This document shows positions 1 through 10,402 of a DNA stretch of 64,000 nucleotides, piece after piece (position 1 is the stretch's first letter; every line of letters begins with the position of its first letter). Location: contig CAKOZV010000001.1 in assembly GCA_934131695.1 (NCBI GenBank), positions 74,060-138,059 of the forward strand, read 5' to 3'. The notes beneath the pieces are model-generated. The model worked only from the letters and a program-made list of their open reading frames with translations. It was not told the origin of the DNA and ran no database searches. The translations under genes and the position numbers were made by a program. This DNA is from an uncultured Bacilli bacterium (lineage in GTDB: Bacteria; Bacillota_I; Bacilli_A; RF39; UBA660).

Positions 1-282
1 GCTGGAGCAGTATTTCCAACAAGTAGTAGTACTAAAATAAACAAACATGTTGGTACAAGACATAGAGCTGCTTTAGGACTAGCCGAAGAAACAGATGCTA
101 TTTGTCTAGTTGTTTCTGAAGAGACTGGACGTTTATCAGTAGCTATTAAGGGAGAACTTTATTATAACTTATCACTAGATGATGTTAGAATGATGTTAAT
201 AGATGAATTAAAGCCAAAGACAAATAGTACTTATGATCAAGAAGAAATAGAAGAGGAAGAGTTATATGAAGAAGATATGTAG
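1..282 (+). CDS. cdaA: Diadenylate cyclase CdaA, C-terminal part (5' end outside window)
   Basis: Frame 1 is open from base 1 and reads ...GTRHRAALGLAEETDAICLVVSEETGRLSVAIKGELY..., the conserved end of the DAC (DisA_N) domain. TAG stop at 280-282. It overlaps the next YbbR-domain gene, as in cdaA-cdaR operons. Confidence 0.85.
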   Translation, partial: AGAVFPTSSSTKINKHVGTRHRAALGLAEETDAICLVVSEETGRLSVAIKGELYYNLSLDDVRMMLIDELKPKTNSTYDQEEIEEEELYEEDM

Positions 283-1624
283 AGGAATTGGAAAATTATT
301 TTCCCATATAGGTGCTTTCTTTGATCGTATTTTAATTACTCCCATTACAAAAATGATTTTAAAGATAACAGACTTTTCTAAGAAGAATGCTAAAAGTATT
401 GAAAGATTTTTAGGTAGAAAACAAACCCTAATAGTTATTAGTTTATTAGTAGCTTTATGTATATTCTTTATAATAGATGGTGAAAGTAGTGCTACTATAG
501 ACCAATATGCTGAAGTATTATATGACCAACCAGTAACAGCTACTTATAACGAAGAAGCTTATGTAGTAGAAGGATTACCTAAGACTGTAGATATAACCTT
601 AGTAGGACAAAAAAGACATATCTTCTTAGCTAAACAATCACCTAGTGAGGGAGTAAATGTTGATTTAACTGGATTAAAACCAGGACAACATAAAGTAACA
701 TTAAAATATAGTCAAAGACTTAAATCACTAGATTATAGATTAGACCCATCAACAGTAACAATTACTATTTATGATAAAGTAAGTGCTACTAGAACATTAA
801 CTTATGATATCTTACATAAAGATAATTTAGATAGTAAGTTAAATATTGATAAAGTAGAACTAGATAGAAGTGAAGTTATTATCAAAGGAGCTGAACAAAA
901 GCTTAAGAAAGTAGCTACTGTTAAAGCTTTAGTTGATGTTGATGATTTTGCTAATCCAGAACCAGGTGAAATGACACTTAAGAATGTTCAATTAGTAGCT
1001 TATGATACAAATGGAAAAGTAGTTGATGTAGAAATAGTACCTAAGACAGTAACTGCTAAAGTAACTATTACATCACCTAGTAAAGAAGTTCCATTAAAGA
1101 TAGTACCAAAAGGAGATTTAGCTTTTGGAAAAGCAATTAAGTCACTAAGTACAAGTATTAATAATGTAACTATCTATGGTAGTGAAGAAGCTTTAGCAAG
1201 TATTACTTCTTTACCAGTTGAAATTGATGTAACTGGTCTTGAAAAGAGTAAAGATTATACAGTAACTCTTAAGAAACCAACCGGTGTAACTGATATTAGT
1301 GCTAAGACAGTAACTGTTAAAGTAGCCGTTGATGATTCAACCGTTAAAGAGTTCCAAGATATATCTATTGCTACTGAAAACTTAGATACATCCAAATATA
1401 AAGTACAGGCATCTAGTGAAGCTGATAGTAAAGTAACAGTAGTAGTTAAGGGAAGTAAATCAATAATTGATAGTATTGATCAATCAATTATCAAAGCTTA
1501 TGTAGACTTAAAAGACTTAGGTGTTGGTGAACATGAAGTAGAAGTTAAAGTAACTGGTGATGATGTAAAACTTACTTATACACCTAAGGTTAAGAAAGTA
1601 AAAGTAAAAATTACTGCAAAATAA
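266..1624 (+). CDS. cdaR: CdaA regulator CdaR (YbbR-repeat protein), N-terminal membrane anchor
   Basis: 452 aa with one TM segment followed by several repeated beta-rich YbbR-like modules (...VTVTL/KVTI... pattern). Position directly after cdaA with a 17-nt overlap. Confidence 0.8.
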   Translation: MKKICRGIGKLFSHIGAFFDRILITPITKMILKITDFSKKNAKSIERFLGRKQTLIVISLLVALCIFFIIDGESSATIDQYAEVLYDQPVTATYNEEAYVVEGLPKTVDITLVGQKRHIFLAKQSPSEGVNVDLTGLKPGQHKVTLKYSQRLKSLDYRLDPSTVTITIYDKVSATRTLTYDILHKDNLDSKLNIDKVELDRSEVIIKGAEQKLKKVATVKALVDVDDFANPEPGEMTLKNVQLVAYDTNGKVVDVEIVPKTVTAKVTITSPSKEVPLKIVPKGDLAFGKAIKSLSTSINNVTIYGSEEALASITSLPVEIDVTGLEKSKDYTVTLKKPTGVTDISAKTVTVKVAVDDSTVKEFQDISIATENLDTSKYKVQASSEADSKVTVVVKGSKSIIDSIDQSIIKAYVDLKDLGVGEHEVEVKVTGDDVKLTYTPKVKKVKVKITAK

Positions 1625-1625
1625 A

Positions 1626-1648
1626 GAAGAGCGATAAGCTCTTTTTTT
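1626..1648. terminator. Bidirectional rho-independent terminator between cdaR and the DUF378 gene
   Basis: Stem AAGAGC (1627-1632) / GCTCTT (1638-1643), loop GATAA, followed by a T7 run. Confidence 0.6.
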
Positions 1649-1841
1649 AGTCACGTTCAAATAAGTAGCTAATGTCAATTAGACCAGCAATACCAATAAC
1701 TATATATATAATCCTAGCAATAATATTATCAGTTCCTCCAAATAAAGATGCTACAAGGTCAATACCGAATAAACCGACAAAAGCCCAGTTAATAGCACCA
1801 ATAATAATTAATACTAAACAAATCTTTTTTAATATGTCCAT
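1647..1841 (-). CDS. DUF378-family small membrane protein
   Basis: 64 aa with two TM helices. The motif IIGAINWAFVGLFGIDLVASLFGG is typical of DUF378. Chosen over the antisense ORF 1672..1866. Confidence 0.75.
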   Translation of the reverse strand: MDILKKICLVLIIIGAINWAFVGLFGIDLVASLFGGTDNIIARIIYIVIGIAGLIDISYLFERD

Positions 1842-1952
1842 ACATTTCCTCCTTTTTCTTTCTTAGTATTTGTAGTAAATTTAAAATTATTCATGAATAT
1901 TTAAATAAAAAAATTAATATAATGAAATGAAACTATAAATGAGGTGAATATA

Positions 1953-2951
1953 TTGAAAAAGATTGGTCTTTTATTGCTACTTTCTGTTTTTCTTATTACT
2001 GGATGTGCTAATAATAGTGAACAAAATGTTTTAAAAAATATGTCTAAAGATATAACTAATAGTAAAGGTTATATTTTAACAGGAAAACTAGAAGTAGTTA
2101 ATAATGACGATACTTATAATTATGAAGTGACATCAGCTTATAAGAAAGGTGATTATTATCGTATCAGTTTAAAAAATACTGCTAATGATCATGAACAAAT
2201 AATTTTAAAAAATGATGATGGTGTTTATGTTTTAACGCCAAGTCTTAAAAAGAGTTTTAAATTTCAAAGTGATTGGCCATATAACAATTCTCAAGTATAT
2301 TTACTACAATCAATTATTAATGATATAGAAAATGATAGCAAAGCAACAATGGAAAAAGAAAAAGGTAATTATGTATTTACTAGTACTGTTAATTATCCTA
2401 ATAATCGAAACTTAATAAAACAAAAAGTAACAGTTGATAAGAAAATGATGGTTAAAAAAGTAGTAGTACTTAATGATAATGATGTTCCAAAGATTACTCT
2501 TAATGTCAAGAATATTGATAAAAGTCCAAAATTTGGTAAGAATTATTTTGAGATAGAAGATATAATGAGTACTGTTCAAACAGATGAGGAACAAACTAAA
2601 GAGACTAGTAGTATTGATGATATAATTTATCCATTAGTTGTTCCAGAAGGTACTAAATTAAAGAGTGAAGAAAAGCTTAATAAGACAGGCGGAGAAAGAG
2701 TAATTTTAACTTTTGAAGGGGAAAAACCATTCTTATTAGTAGAGGAGACAGCAAAACAAGAAGATGAGTTAACTATTATTCCAACAATAGGGGAACCATA
2801 TATGTTTATGGATACAATAGGAGCCTTATCTGATAATTCCCTTACTTGGAGTAGTGGTAACATGGAGTATTACCTAGTAAGTGATGTAATGAACCAAGAA
2901 GAGTTAATAGAAGTTGCTTCTTCAATAAATGTTTTACCTACCATGAAATAG
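1953..2951 (+). CDS. Lipoprotein, LolA-like/YdcC-like fold (function unknown)
   Basis: Signal peptide with lipobox LITGC. GAGG at 1941-1944 favours the TTG at 1953 over the GTG at 1944 as start. Confidence 0.6.
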   Translation: MKKIGLLLLLSVFLITGCANNSEQNVLKNMSKDITNSKGYILTGKLEVVNNDDTYNYEVTSAYKKGDYYRISLKNTANDHEQIILKNDDGVYVLTPSLKKSFKFQSDWPYNNSQVYLLQSIINDIENDSKATMEKEKGNYVFTSTVNYPNNRNLIKQKVTVDKKMMVKKVVVLNDNDVPKITLNVKNIDKSPKFGKNYFEIEDIMSTVQTDEEQTKETSSIDDIIYPLVVPEGTKLKSEEKLNKTGGERVILTFEGEKPFLLVEETAKQEDELTIIPTIGEPYMFMDTIGALSDNSLTWSSGNMEYYLVSDVMNQEELIEVASSINVLPTMK

Positions 2952-2973
2952 TCTAGAAATAGACTGTTTTTTT
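2950..2973 (+). terminator. Rho-independent terminator
   Basis: AGTCTA (2950-2955) / TAGACT (2960-2965), loop GAAA, then GTTTTTTT. Confidence 0.65.
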
Positions 2974-3010
2974 GACTTATTAAATTCTATATGAATAATA
3001 TAAAAAAGTA

Positions 3011-3039
3011 TTGACGAACATTAGTTTGTATGCTAAGAT
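3011..3039 (+). promoter_or_regulatory. Sigma-A-type promoter with overlapping LexA (Cheo/SOS) box
   Basis: -35 TTGACG (3011-3016), 17-nt spacer, -10 TAAGAT (3034-3039). CGAACATTAGTTTG (3015-3028) fits the Firmicute consensus CGAAC-N4-GTTCG with one mismatch. The 22 nt ATAAAAAAGTATTGACGAACAT are identical to 30091-30110. Confidence 0.6.
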
Positions 3040-3114
3040 GTACATAGTTTTTAGAAATATAAAATCTATACAGTATTAGTTTTACTAAATATACTTATGA
3101 AAGTTGGTGGTTAA

Positions 3115-3921
3115 ATGACTGTGATAAGTTGGAAACAAATATATGAGTTTGATTTAAACAATAATAAACAGTGGGTTTTAATTTTATATAATATATCGAA
3201 AAATCATTATGTTGGAGTACCTGTTTATAAAGAAAAGAGAGAAGACAGTATTTATTTGAAATCTATTAATAAATATATTGTGTTAGATGAAATAACTGAT
3301 TATAATCGTTCTAATATTAAAAGATGTATTTATGTTAAAGGTAAACCTATCAAAATAAATAATAAAGAATATGATGATATTTTGTTAAAATCTAAGCTTA
3401 GTTTTCTAAATTATGTTAAGAACAATACAAGTAACGATTCAAATGGTATATCATATAGTAAGTGGTGTAAAGATAAGCTACAGTTAATAAACAAAAGTAT
3501 TGATAATAAAATAAATTTAAAAGTTGGAGCAATATATTGGGTTGATTTAGGATACAATATAGGCAGTGAGCTTAGAAAATTAAGACCAGCAATATTATGG
3601 AGAAGTTCATCTGATAAAAGCATGTGGACTGCTATACCACTTACATCAAAGCATAAGAATGATAACTATTATTTTCATTACGATTTATCAAATTCAAAAT
3701 TAGGAACCGTAAGGGTGGAAAATTTAATTAATATTAGTTTAAATAGAATTAAAGAACCATATTATATAAATAATAGAATTGCAATCATTACTAAAAAGGA
3801 TAATGATTGCATTTTACAGATAATAAAAAAATATTATGCTTTTGAAGAAATAGAGGATAATCATATACTTAATAAAAATAAATCCAAATATAAGAAAAAT
3901 CGTGAAAAAGTATTGACTTAA
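3115..3921 (+). CDS. PemK/MazF-family toxin-like protein with a ~130-aa N-terminal extension
   Basis: The C-terminal half reads GAIYWVDLGYNIGSELRKLRPAILW...AIPLTSK...GTVRVENLINISLNRI, the PemK/MazF signature. No separate antitoxin ORF upstream. Confidence 0.7.
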   Translation: MTVISWKQIYEFDLNNNKQWVLILYNISKNHYVGVPVYKEKREDSIYLKSINKYIVLDEITDYNRSNIKRCIYVKGKPIKINNKEYDDILLKSKLSFLNYVKNNTSNDSNGISYSKWCKDKLQLINKSIDNKINLKVGAIYWVDLGYNIGSELRKLRPAILWRSSSDKSMWTAIPLTSKHKNDNYYFHYDLSNSKLGTVRVENLINISLNRIKEPYYINNRIAIITKKDNDCILQIIKKYYAFEEIEDNHILNKNKSKYKKNREKVLT

Positions 3922-4065
3922 ATATTTAAAATGATATAATTGAAATACTTTAGATTGTTGCGGGTGTATTTATACACTTGGTAGTTGTGTTTCAAAAGGA
4001 GGAGTTTATCTCTTCCTTTTGCTTATAATAAAAATAATTACATTAATATTTATTTAGCCATTTGA

Positions 4066-4094
4066 TTGACGTTAAGAACTTTTTTTTCTATAAT
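4066..4094 (+). promoter_or_regulatory. Predicted sigma-A promoter of asnS
   Basis: TTGACG (4066-4071), 17-nt spacer, TATAAT (4089-4094). Confidence 0.5.
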
Positions 4095-4117
4095 ATTAGA
4101 AGAAGAGGAGGACTACT

Positions 4118-5494
4118 ATGATAGACGTACGTGATATTTATAAAGATGTAAATGAGTATTTAAATAAGGAAGTAGTACTAAATGGTTGGATTAGAAACCA
4201 TCGTAAACAAAAAGAATTTGGATTCATCACTTTCTTTGATGGAACTGTGTTTGAATCTGTACAAATAGTATATGATAAATCACTAGAAAACTTTGATGAG
4301 ATTCAAAAACTAAGAGTAGGTAGTGCAATTAGTGTTAAAGGATTAGTTGTTAAAAGTCCAAAAGAAGGACAAGAGTTTGAAATTCAAGCTAGAGAAATTA
4401 AACTAGAAGGAGATTGTCCAGAAGATTATCCACTACAACCTAAAAGACATTCTATGGAATTCTTAAGAGAAATAGCTTATCTTCGTCCTAGAACTAATAC
4501 TTTCCAAGCTGTTTTTAGAGTAAGAAGTGTAGCAGCAATGGCCATTCATAAATATTTCCAAGATAAAGGATTTGTTTATTTACATGCTCCATTAATTACG
4601 GCAAGTGACTGTGAAGGAGCAGGAGAAATGTTTCAAGTATCAACACTTGACTTTGAGAATCTAAAAGGTAAAGAAATAGATTATAGTAAAGATTTCTTTG
4701 GGAAGAGAACAGCCCTTACAGTATCAGGTCAATTACAAGGGGAAATATTTGCTCTAGCTTTTAAAAACATCTATACATTTGGACCAACATTTAGAGCAGA
4801 AAATTCTAATACTAAAACTCATGCTTCTGAATTTTGGATGATTGAACCAGAAATGGCCTTTTGTGAGTTAGATAGATTAATGGATGTAGAAGAAGATATT
4901 CTTCGTTATATTATAAAATATGTAATGGAAAACGCATATTCTGAACTTAAGTTCTTTGATAACTTTGTTCATAAAGGATTGATAGATAGACTAAATACAG
5001 TCTTAAATGCAGAACCAAAAAGAATTACTCATAAAGAAGCGATTAATATTCTTAAAGAAAGTGGAAAAGATTTTGAAAACAAACCAGAATATGGAGAAGA
5101 CCTTGCTAAAGAACATGAAAAATATTTAACAGAAGAATATTTTAAAGCTCCAGTATTTGTTACTGATTGGCCAAAAGATATTAAAGCTTTCTATATGCGA
5201 TTAAATGATGATAATGAAACAGTAGCAGCTGTAGACTTTTTGGTACCACAAGCAGGAGAATTAATGGGTGGTAGTCAAAGAGAAGAAAGATATAGCGTTC
5301 TAAAAAATAGAATGGATGAACTAAAAATGGATGAAGAAGAACTTGACTGGTACTTAAAACTTAGACAGTACGGTGGAGTAAAACATTCAGGATTTGGACT
5401 TGGTTTTGAAAGATTACTAATTTACCTAACTGGTATGGAAAATATAAGAGATGTAATACCATTCCCAAGAACACCAGGAAATTGCGAATTTTAG
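4118..5494 (+). CDS. asnS: Asparagine--tRNA ligase
   Basis: 458 aa class IIb synthetase. [28 protein letters not shown] and the C-terminal GFGLGFERL motif. AGGAGG RBS. Confidence 0.92.
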   Translation: MIDVRDIYKDVNEYLNKEVVLNGWIRNHRKQKEFGFITFFDGTVFESVQIVYDKSLENFDEIQKLRVGSAISVKGLVVKSPKEGQEFEIQAREIKLEGDCPEDYPLQPKRHSMEFLREIAYLRPRTNTFQAVFRVRSVAAMAIHKYFQDKGFVYLHAPLITASDCEGAGEMFQVSTLDFENLKGKEIDYSKDFFGKRTALTVSGQLQGEIFALAFKNIYTFGPTFRAENSNTKTHASEFWMIEPEMAFCELDRLMDVEEDILRYIIKYVMENAYSELKFFDNFVHKGLIDRLNTVLNAEPKRITHKEAINILKESGKDFENKPEYGEDLAKEHEKYLTEEYFKAPVFVTDWPKDIKAFYMRLNDDNETVAAVDFLVPQAGELMGGSQREERYSVLKNRMDELKMDEEELDWYLKLRQYGGVKHSGFGLGFERLLIYLTGMENIRDVIPFPRTPGNCEF

Positions 5495-5503
5495 GAGGAT
5501 GAA

Positions 5504-5995
5504 ATGAATAAAGGATATTATAGTGACAGTAGTGAATTTAAAGGAACAGGTAAAAGAGTAGTAATTATTTTAATTTGTGTAGTATTACTATTTGGATTAA
5601 TGTACTTTCTAACTACAAGAATTTTATCAAAAGAAGTTACTAAGAAAAGAAAACAAAGTGAGGTAACTGAATCAAGTATTCAATATGAAAAAATATTAGC
5701 AGGAGAATCATTTACAATGGACCAAGAAGAGTATTATGTAGTATATTATGATAGTACTGATACTGAACTTTCTTCGACAATTTCTACTTATCAATCAGAT
5801 AAAAAAGATATAAAACTATATAGTGTAGATTTAAGTGATGGTATGAATAAGAAATATAAAACAGCTGGTGATGTTGATACTAGTAGTATTGAAAACTTGA
5901 AAGTAAAAAATCCTACACTTGTTCATTTTAAAAATAAAGAAGTAGTTGATACTATAACTGATGAAAATGAAATAAAAGATTATCTTAATAAATAA
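5504..5995 (+). CDS. Membrane-anchored hypothetical protein
   Basis: 163 aa with a single N-terminal TM. Translationally coupled to asnS (GGAGG 5' of the ATG). No recognisable motif. Confidence 0.5.
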   Translation: MNKGYYSDSSEFKGTGKRVVIILICVVLLFGLMYFLTTRILSKEVTKKRKQSEVTESSIQYEKILAGESFTMDQEEYYVVYYDSTDTELSSTISTYQSDKKDIKLYSVDLSDGMNKKYKTAGDVDTSSIENLKVKNPTLVHFKNKEVVDTITDENEIKDYLNK

Positions 5996-6081
5996 ATATG
6001 TAAAGTCTTTATCTAAAAGGCTTTTTTCTTTAGTAAATTATTAAAATTATGATACAATTATATAGACGGTAGGTGAAATAG

Positions 6082-7326
6082 ATGAAGAAAAAAGAAGAAA
6101 TAATAGAAGATGAAAATATAGATACAACAAAAGAAATAGTTACTATTAAGAAAGAAGGATTTAGTTATCCAGAAATGGTTATCATTATGATAATAGCAAT
6201 TCTTTTTGGTTTCTTAATAGGAAATGTTGTTAGTTTTACGAAGAAAGAAACTGTTAGTAGTTCTGTTCCTAGTGAATTAAAAGAATTTGTTGATACTTAT
6301 AATGATATAGTAAATAATTACTATGATAAGGTTAATAAAGAGGAATTAATAGATGCTGGAATAAAAGGAATGATTAATTATTTAGATGATCCTTATGCTA
6401 CATACTTTGATGGAACTAGTAGTACAAACTTCAATCAAACACTAGAAGGAAATTATGAAGGTATTGGTATTGAAGTTACTCTTGATAATAATAAAGTAAA
6501 AATTACTAAGGTATTTGCTGATACTCCTGCTAAAAAAGCTGGCTTAAAAGTAGGAGACTATATAACTAAAGTAAATGGTGAAAGTGTAGATGGTAAAAGC
6601 TTATCAGATGTAGTAAGTCTTATCAAAAATGCTAAGAATAAAGAAGTAGAAATAACTATTACTAGAGATGAGCAAGAAAAGACTATGAAAGTTACTAGAA
6701 CAACTGTTGATATGCCTTATACTAGTAGTAAAGTTTATGAAGAAAATGGTAAGAAGATAGGATATTTAAAAATAGAAATGTTTTCTAATAATATTACTAA
6801 ACAGGTAAAGAATGAACTAACATCTTTAAAGAAAAAGAATATTGATAAGTTAGTTATAGATGTTAGAGATAATCCAGGTGGTTATTTAACTCAAGTTACT
6901 GAAATACTATCATTATTCATGACTAAGAAAGATGTTATCTATCAGTTACAAACTAAGAATAATAAAGAAAAAGTTTATGGTACTAGTAGTAAAGCTACTT
7001 ATAATTATCCAGTAGTAGTTTTAATAAATGAAAATAGTGCATCTGCTAGTGAAATATTAGCTAGTGCCTTTAAAGAAACATATAATGCCGAAATAGTTGG
7101 TGTTAATTCTTATGGAAAAGGTACAGTTCAAAAAACAGGAGATTTAAATAATGGTGATACAATTAAGTATACAGTTCAAAAGTGGTTAACTCCTAAAGGT
7201 AATTGGATTAACGAAAAAGGTGTAACTCCTACTAAAGAGGTTAAACTAGAGTTAAAAGAAAATGAAACATTAACAGAAGATAATGACAACCAGTTAAAAG
7301 CTGCTATAGAATTAGCCAGTAAGTAA
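6082..7326 (+). CDS. ctpA: Carboxy-terminal processing protease (peptidase S41) with PDZ domain
   Basis: TM anchor, PDZ (GLKVGDYITKVNGESV) and S41 catalytic region (NENSASASEILASA ... GKGTVQ). Confidence 0.85.
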   Translation: MKKKEEIIEDENIDTTKEIVTIKKEGFSYPEMVIIMIIAILFGFLIGNVVSFTKKETVSSSVPSELKEFVDTYNDIVNNYYDKVNKEELIDAGIKGMINYLDDPYATYFDGTSSTNFNQTLEGNYEGIGIEVTLDNNKVKITKVFADTPAKKAGLKVGDYITKVNGESVDGKSLSDVVSLIKNAKNKEVEITITRDEQEKTMKVTRTTVDMPYTSSKVYEENGKKIGYLKIEMFSNNITKQVKNELTSLKKKNIDKLVIDVRDNPGGYLTQVTEILSLFMTKKDVIYQLQTKNNKEKVYGTSSKATYNYPVVVLINENSASASEILASAFKETYNAEIVGVNSYGKGTVQKTGDLNNGDTIKYTVQKWLTPKGNWINEKGVTPTKEVKLELKENETLTEDNDNQLKAAIELASK

Positions 7327-7334
7327 AAATATAA

Positions 7335-7376
7335 TTAGCACTCGTTATTGACAAGTGCTAGTTTTTGCTATATAAT
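7335..7376 (+). promoter_or_regulatory. CIRCE (HrcA operator) overlapping the clpB promoter
   Basis: TTAGCACTC-N9-AAGTGCTAG (7335-7361) against consensus TTAGCACTC-N9-GAGTGCTAA. -35 TTGACA (7348-7353) lies inside the element, 17-nt spacer, -10 TATAAT (7371-7376). Confidence 0.75.
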
Positions 7377-7401
7377 ATGTCTTGAAAGTGAGGGGATATA
7401 T

Positions 7402-9513
7402 ATGTATCAAGAACAAAATCAAGAAAAAGAAAAAGTATTAGAAAAATATGGCCGTAATATAAATGAAGCAGTCCTTGCTGGGAAAATAGATCCAGTTATT
7501 GGTCGTGATGAAGAAATCAGAAGTATTACAAGGGTTTTGTCACGTAAAACAAAAAATAACCCCGTATTAATAGGTGAACCTGGTGTAGGTAAAACTGCTA
7601 TTGTAGAAGGTCTTGCCCTAAGAATAGTAAAAGGAGATGTTCCTGCTAGCTTAAAAAATAAAACTGTTTGGGAACTAGATATGGCTTCTCTAGTAGCTGG
7701 TGCTAAGTATCGTGGAGAATTTGAAGAGAGATTAAAAAATGTCTTAAACGAAATAAAGAAAAGTGAAGGCTCTATCATAATGTTTATTGATGAGATTCAT
7801 ACTATAGTTGGTACTGGTAATATGGAAGGGGCTATGGATACATCTAACATCTTAAAACCAATGCTAGCTCGTGGTGAAATTCATGTGATTGGTGCTACTA
7901 CTTTGAATGAATATCGTAAATATATTGAAAAAGATGGTGCCTTAGAAAGACGTTTCCAAAAGATTAAAGTAAGTGAACCAACAGTAATGGATACTATTAC
8001 TATCTTAAGAGGACTTAAAGAAAGATTTGAAATCCATCATGGAGTTACTATTCAAGATAAGGCTCTTGTTGCTGCTGCTACTTTATCAGATAGATATATT
8101 ACTGATAGATTTTTACCTGATAAGGCTATTGACTTAATAGATGAAGCTTGTGCAACAATTAGAGTTCAGATGGATTCAGTTCCTAATGCACTTGACTCTT
8201 TAACTAGAAAAATAATGAGTCTAGAAATAGAACGTCAAGCGATAAAGAAAGAAAAAGACCAGTTATCAATGAATCGTAAAGATGAAATAGATAAAGAATT
8301 AGTAGATTTAAAGAAACAAGAGAAAGACTTTAAATCAGCTTGGGAAGAAGAGAAAGGTCTTTATACTAAGATACAAAATAAAAAGAAAGAGATAGAAAAA
8401 GCAAGATTTGATTTAGAACAAGCAGAAAATAAATATGATTTAGAAACTGCTGCTAGATTAAGACATGGTACCTTACCTAGACTTGAAAAAGAACTAGAAG
8501 AGTTAAAAAGTAAAGATACTAAAAAATTACTAAGTGACCATGTAGATGAAGAAGATATTGCATCTATCATTTCTAAATGGACTAATATACCACTAAGTAA
8601 ATTAGTAAGTAGTGAGAAAGAAAAACTATTAAATCTAGAACAAGCAATGAAACATAGAGTAATGGGTCAAGATGAAGCCTTGCATTTAGTAAGTGAAGCT
8701 ATTATTAAATCAAGAAGTGGTATTAAAGATCCTAATAGACCAATTGGTTCATTCATTTTCTTAGGACCTACTGGAGTTGGTAAAACAGAAGTAGCTAGAA
8801 CTCTTGCTAATGAGTTATTTGATGATGAAAAACATATGGTTCGTATTGATATGAGTGAATATATGGAGAAATTCAGTGTCTCAAGACTTATTGGTTCTCC
8901 TCCAGGATATGTTGGTTATGAAGAAGGAGGTCAACTTACTGAAGCAGTAAGACGAAACCCTTATAGTATCGTATTATTCGATGAAATAGAAAAAGCTCAT
9001 CCTGAAGTACTTAATTTACTACTACAAATCCTAGATGATGGTAGAATAACTGATTCTAATGGACGTACAGTAGACTTTAAAAATACTATTATTATAATGA
9101 CATCTAACCTTGGTAGTGAATACATCCTAGACGGTGATACTAGTAAAGTAGAAGGTGAATTAAGAAGTCATTTTAGACCAGAATTTATTAACCGAATTGA
9201 TGAAGTAATTATCTTTAAACCATTAACTAAAGAAGTAATATATCAAATTCTTGATAAAATTATTCATGATATAGAAAAACGATTAAGTAATGACCAGATT
9301 AAATTATCTTTAACAGAAAAAGCTAAAGACTATTTAGTGGATGCAGGATATGATATTAACTATGGTGCAAGACCTTTAAAACGAGAAGTTAGTAAAACAA
9401 TTGAAAGTTTATTAGCCCATGAATTAATTAAAGGTACTATACCATTTAATGCCACCGTTACATTTGATGTAGAGGATAACAACTTGGTTATTTCTAATAC
9501 AGAAGTGAAATAA
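7402..9513 (+). CDS. clpB: ATP-dependent chaperone ClpB, short form lacking the N-terminal domain
   Basis: Two AAA+ modules (GEPGVGKT and GPTGVGKT Walker A) with a long coiled-coil M-domain between them. GAGGGG RBS favours the ATG at 7402; the ORF-track start at 7348 lies within the promoter. Confidence 0.9.
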   Translation: MYQEQNQEKEKVLEKYGRNINEAVLAGKIDPVIGRDEEIRSITRVLSRKTKNNPVLIGEPGVGKTAIVEGLALRIVKGDVPASLKNKTVWELDMASLVAGAKYRGEFEERLKNVLNEIKKSEGSIIMFIDEIHTIVGTGNMEGAMDTSNILKPMLARGEIHVIGATTLNEYRKYIEKDGALERRFQKIKVSEPTVMDTITILRGLKERFEIHHGVTIQDKALVAAATLSDRYITDRFLPDKAIDLIDEACATIRVQMDSVPNALDSLTRKIMSLEIERQAIKKEKDQLSMNRKDEIDKELVDLKKQEKDFKSAWEEEKGLYTKIQNKKKEIEKARFDLEQAENKYDLETAARLRHGTLPRLEKELEELKSKDTKKLLSDHVDEEDIASIISKWTNIPLSKLVSSEKEKLLNLEQAMKHRVMGQDEALHLVSEAIIKSRSGIKDPNRPIGSFIFLGPTGVGKTEVARTLANELFDDEKHMVRIDMSEYMEKFSVSRLIGSPPGYVGYEEGGQLTEAVRRNPYSIVLFDEIEKAHPEVLNLLLQILDDGRITDSNGRTVDFKNTIIIMTSNLGSEYILDGDTSKVEGELRSHFRPEFINRIDEVIIFKPLTKEVIYQILDKIIHDIEKRLSNDQIKLSLTEKAKDYLVDAGYDINYGARPLKREVSKTIESLLAHELIKGTIPFNATVTFDVEDNNLVISNTEVK

Positions 9514-9517
9514 TATA

Positions 9518-9561
9518 ATAGCTGGGAAAAAAAGTGAACTGCTTGTCTCAGCTATTTTTTT
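9518..9561 (+). terminator. Rho-independent terminator after clpB
   Basis: ATAGCTGGGA / TCTCAGCTAT arms (one G-U pair) followed by a T7 run. Confidence 0.5.
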
Positions 9562-9591
9562 ATGTTATTATATTTCTATAAGGAGGAAATA

Positions 9592-10287
9592 ATGGATATA
9601 TTAGAAATTAAAAATAAGTTAGCTAAAAAGTCTACATTATTGTATGTAGATGATTCTAATGTGTTAAATACAACGGAAAAAAGTTGTATTGGAAAGGTAA
9701 ATTGTCAAATAGAAGGTGAAAATTTACCAATTGATATCGATGGAAACGAAATGTTACCACTTGCTACTTTTTTTCTAGATGGCTTATCTGGTGTCCCTGA
9801 GTCAGTGAAAGATTATTACTGTTGTTCTATTTTTATATCAGAAAATATTTTAGAACATTACAAAACAAAATACGAGGGTTATTATAAAGTTAGAATGTAT
9901 AAAAAGACAGATAATCTAGTTAGTTGCGATTGGCAAAGTGAAGTGTTTAAGGGATTCCCTTTGAAAACAAAGGAAGTTAATAATGACTATCCAGTTTGGG
10001 ATGGTGGAGGAATACCGCTAGATATAGAAGATGAAATAATGAAATTAAGTGATGAAGAAGGTATAAATTATTTTGATGATATTTATGAATCTGATGGAGA
10101 GACTCATAAAATTGGTGGCTATCCTCATTATATTCAATCAGGAAAATGGGATAAGGAAAACTATGAATTTATATTTCAAATAAATTCTGATAAAAAAGTA
10201 AATCTTAATATTGGTGATGGAGGTTCTTTCTATCTATTCTATTCTAAGAAACTACAAAAATGGGAACTTCAATGTGATTTTTATTAA
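9592..10287 (+). CDS. DUF1963 (YwqG-like) family protein
   Basis: HKIGGYPHYIQSG ... GDGGSFYLF resemble the YwqG/DUF1963 signatures. AAGGAGG RBS precedes the ATG at 9592. Confidence 0.6.
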   Translation: MDILEIKNKLAKKSTLLYVDDSNVLNTTEKSCIGKVNCQIEGENLPIDIDGNEMLPLATFFLDGLSGVPESVKDYYCCSIFISENILEHYKTKYEGYYKVRMYKKTDNLVSCDWQSEVFKGFPLKTKEVNNDYPVWDGGGIPLDIEDEIMKLSDEEGINYFDDIYESDGETHKIGGYPHYIQSGKWDKENYEFIFQINSDKKVNLNIGDGGSFYLFYSKKLQKWELQCDFY

Positions 10288-10402
10288 TATCTTTAAAAAG
10301 TAAAATAAAGCACTCTTTATAATAAGGGTGCTTTTATGATACAAAATTTTTTTCAACAATTTTTGTGGATAAAATATTTTATATTAATATTGGTGATATT
10401 AT

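Noticed and set aside
1672-1866. 64-aa plus-strand ORF mirroring the DUF378 gene
   Set aside because: The minus-strand frame carries the recognisable DUF378 motif and a sensible terminator. The plus-strand frame is its antisense shadow.
3925-4117. Possible T-box leader upstream of asnS
   Set aside because: The region holds a terminator-like hairpin belonging to the upstream gene and a consensus promoter only ~25 nt before the RBS. It has no specifier-loop/T-box (AANNNGGTGGNACCGCG-like) sequence and too little leader length.
7419-8570. Antisense ORFs inside clpB (7419..7778, 8361..8570)
   Set aside because: They lie within a strongly supported conserved gene on the other strand. Their S/F/L-rich translations are typical of antisense AT-rich coding DNA. 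The same reasoning applies to 2412..2863, 3411..3623, 14200..14415, 17921..18493, 21828..22010, 23011..23223, 30174..30395, 32282..32680, 33431..33703, 39059..39461, 43031..43264, 45907..46137, 48013..48279, 49926..50165, 52033..52269, 53378..53638, 54068..54400, 55427..55615, 57486..57710, 59661..59900, 61744..61965 and 62477..62731.
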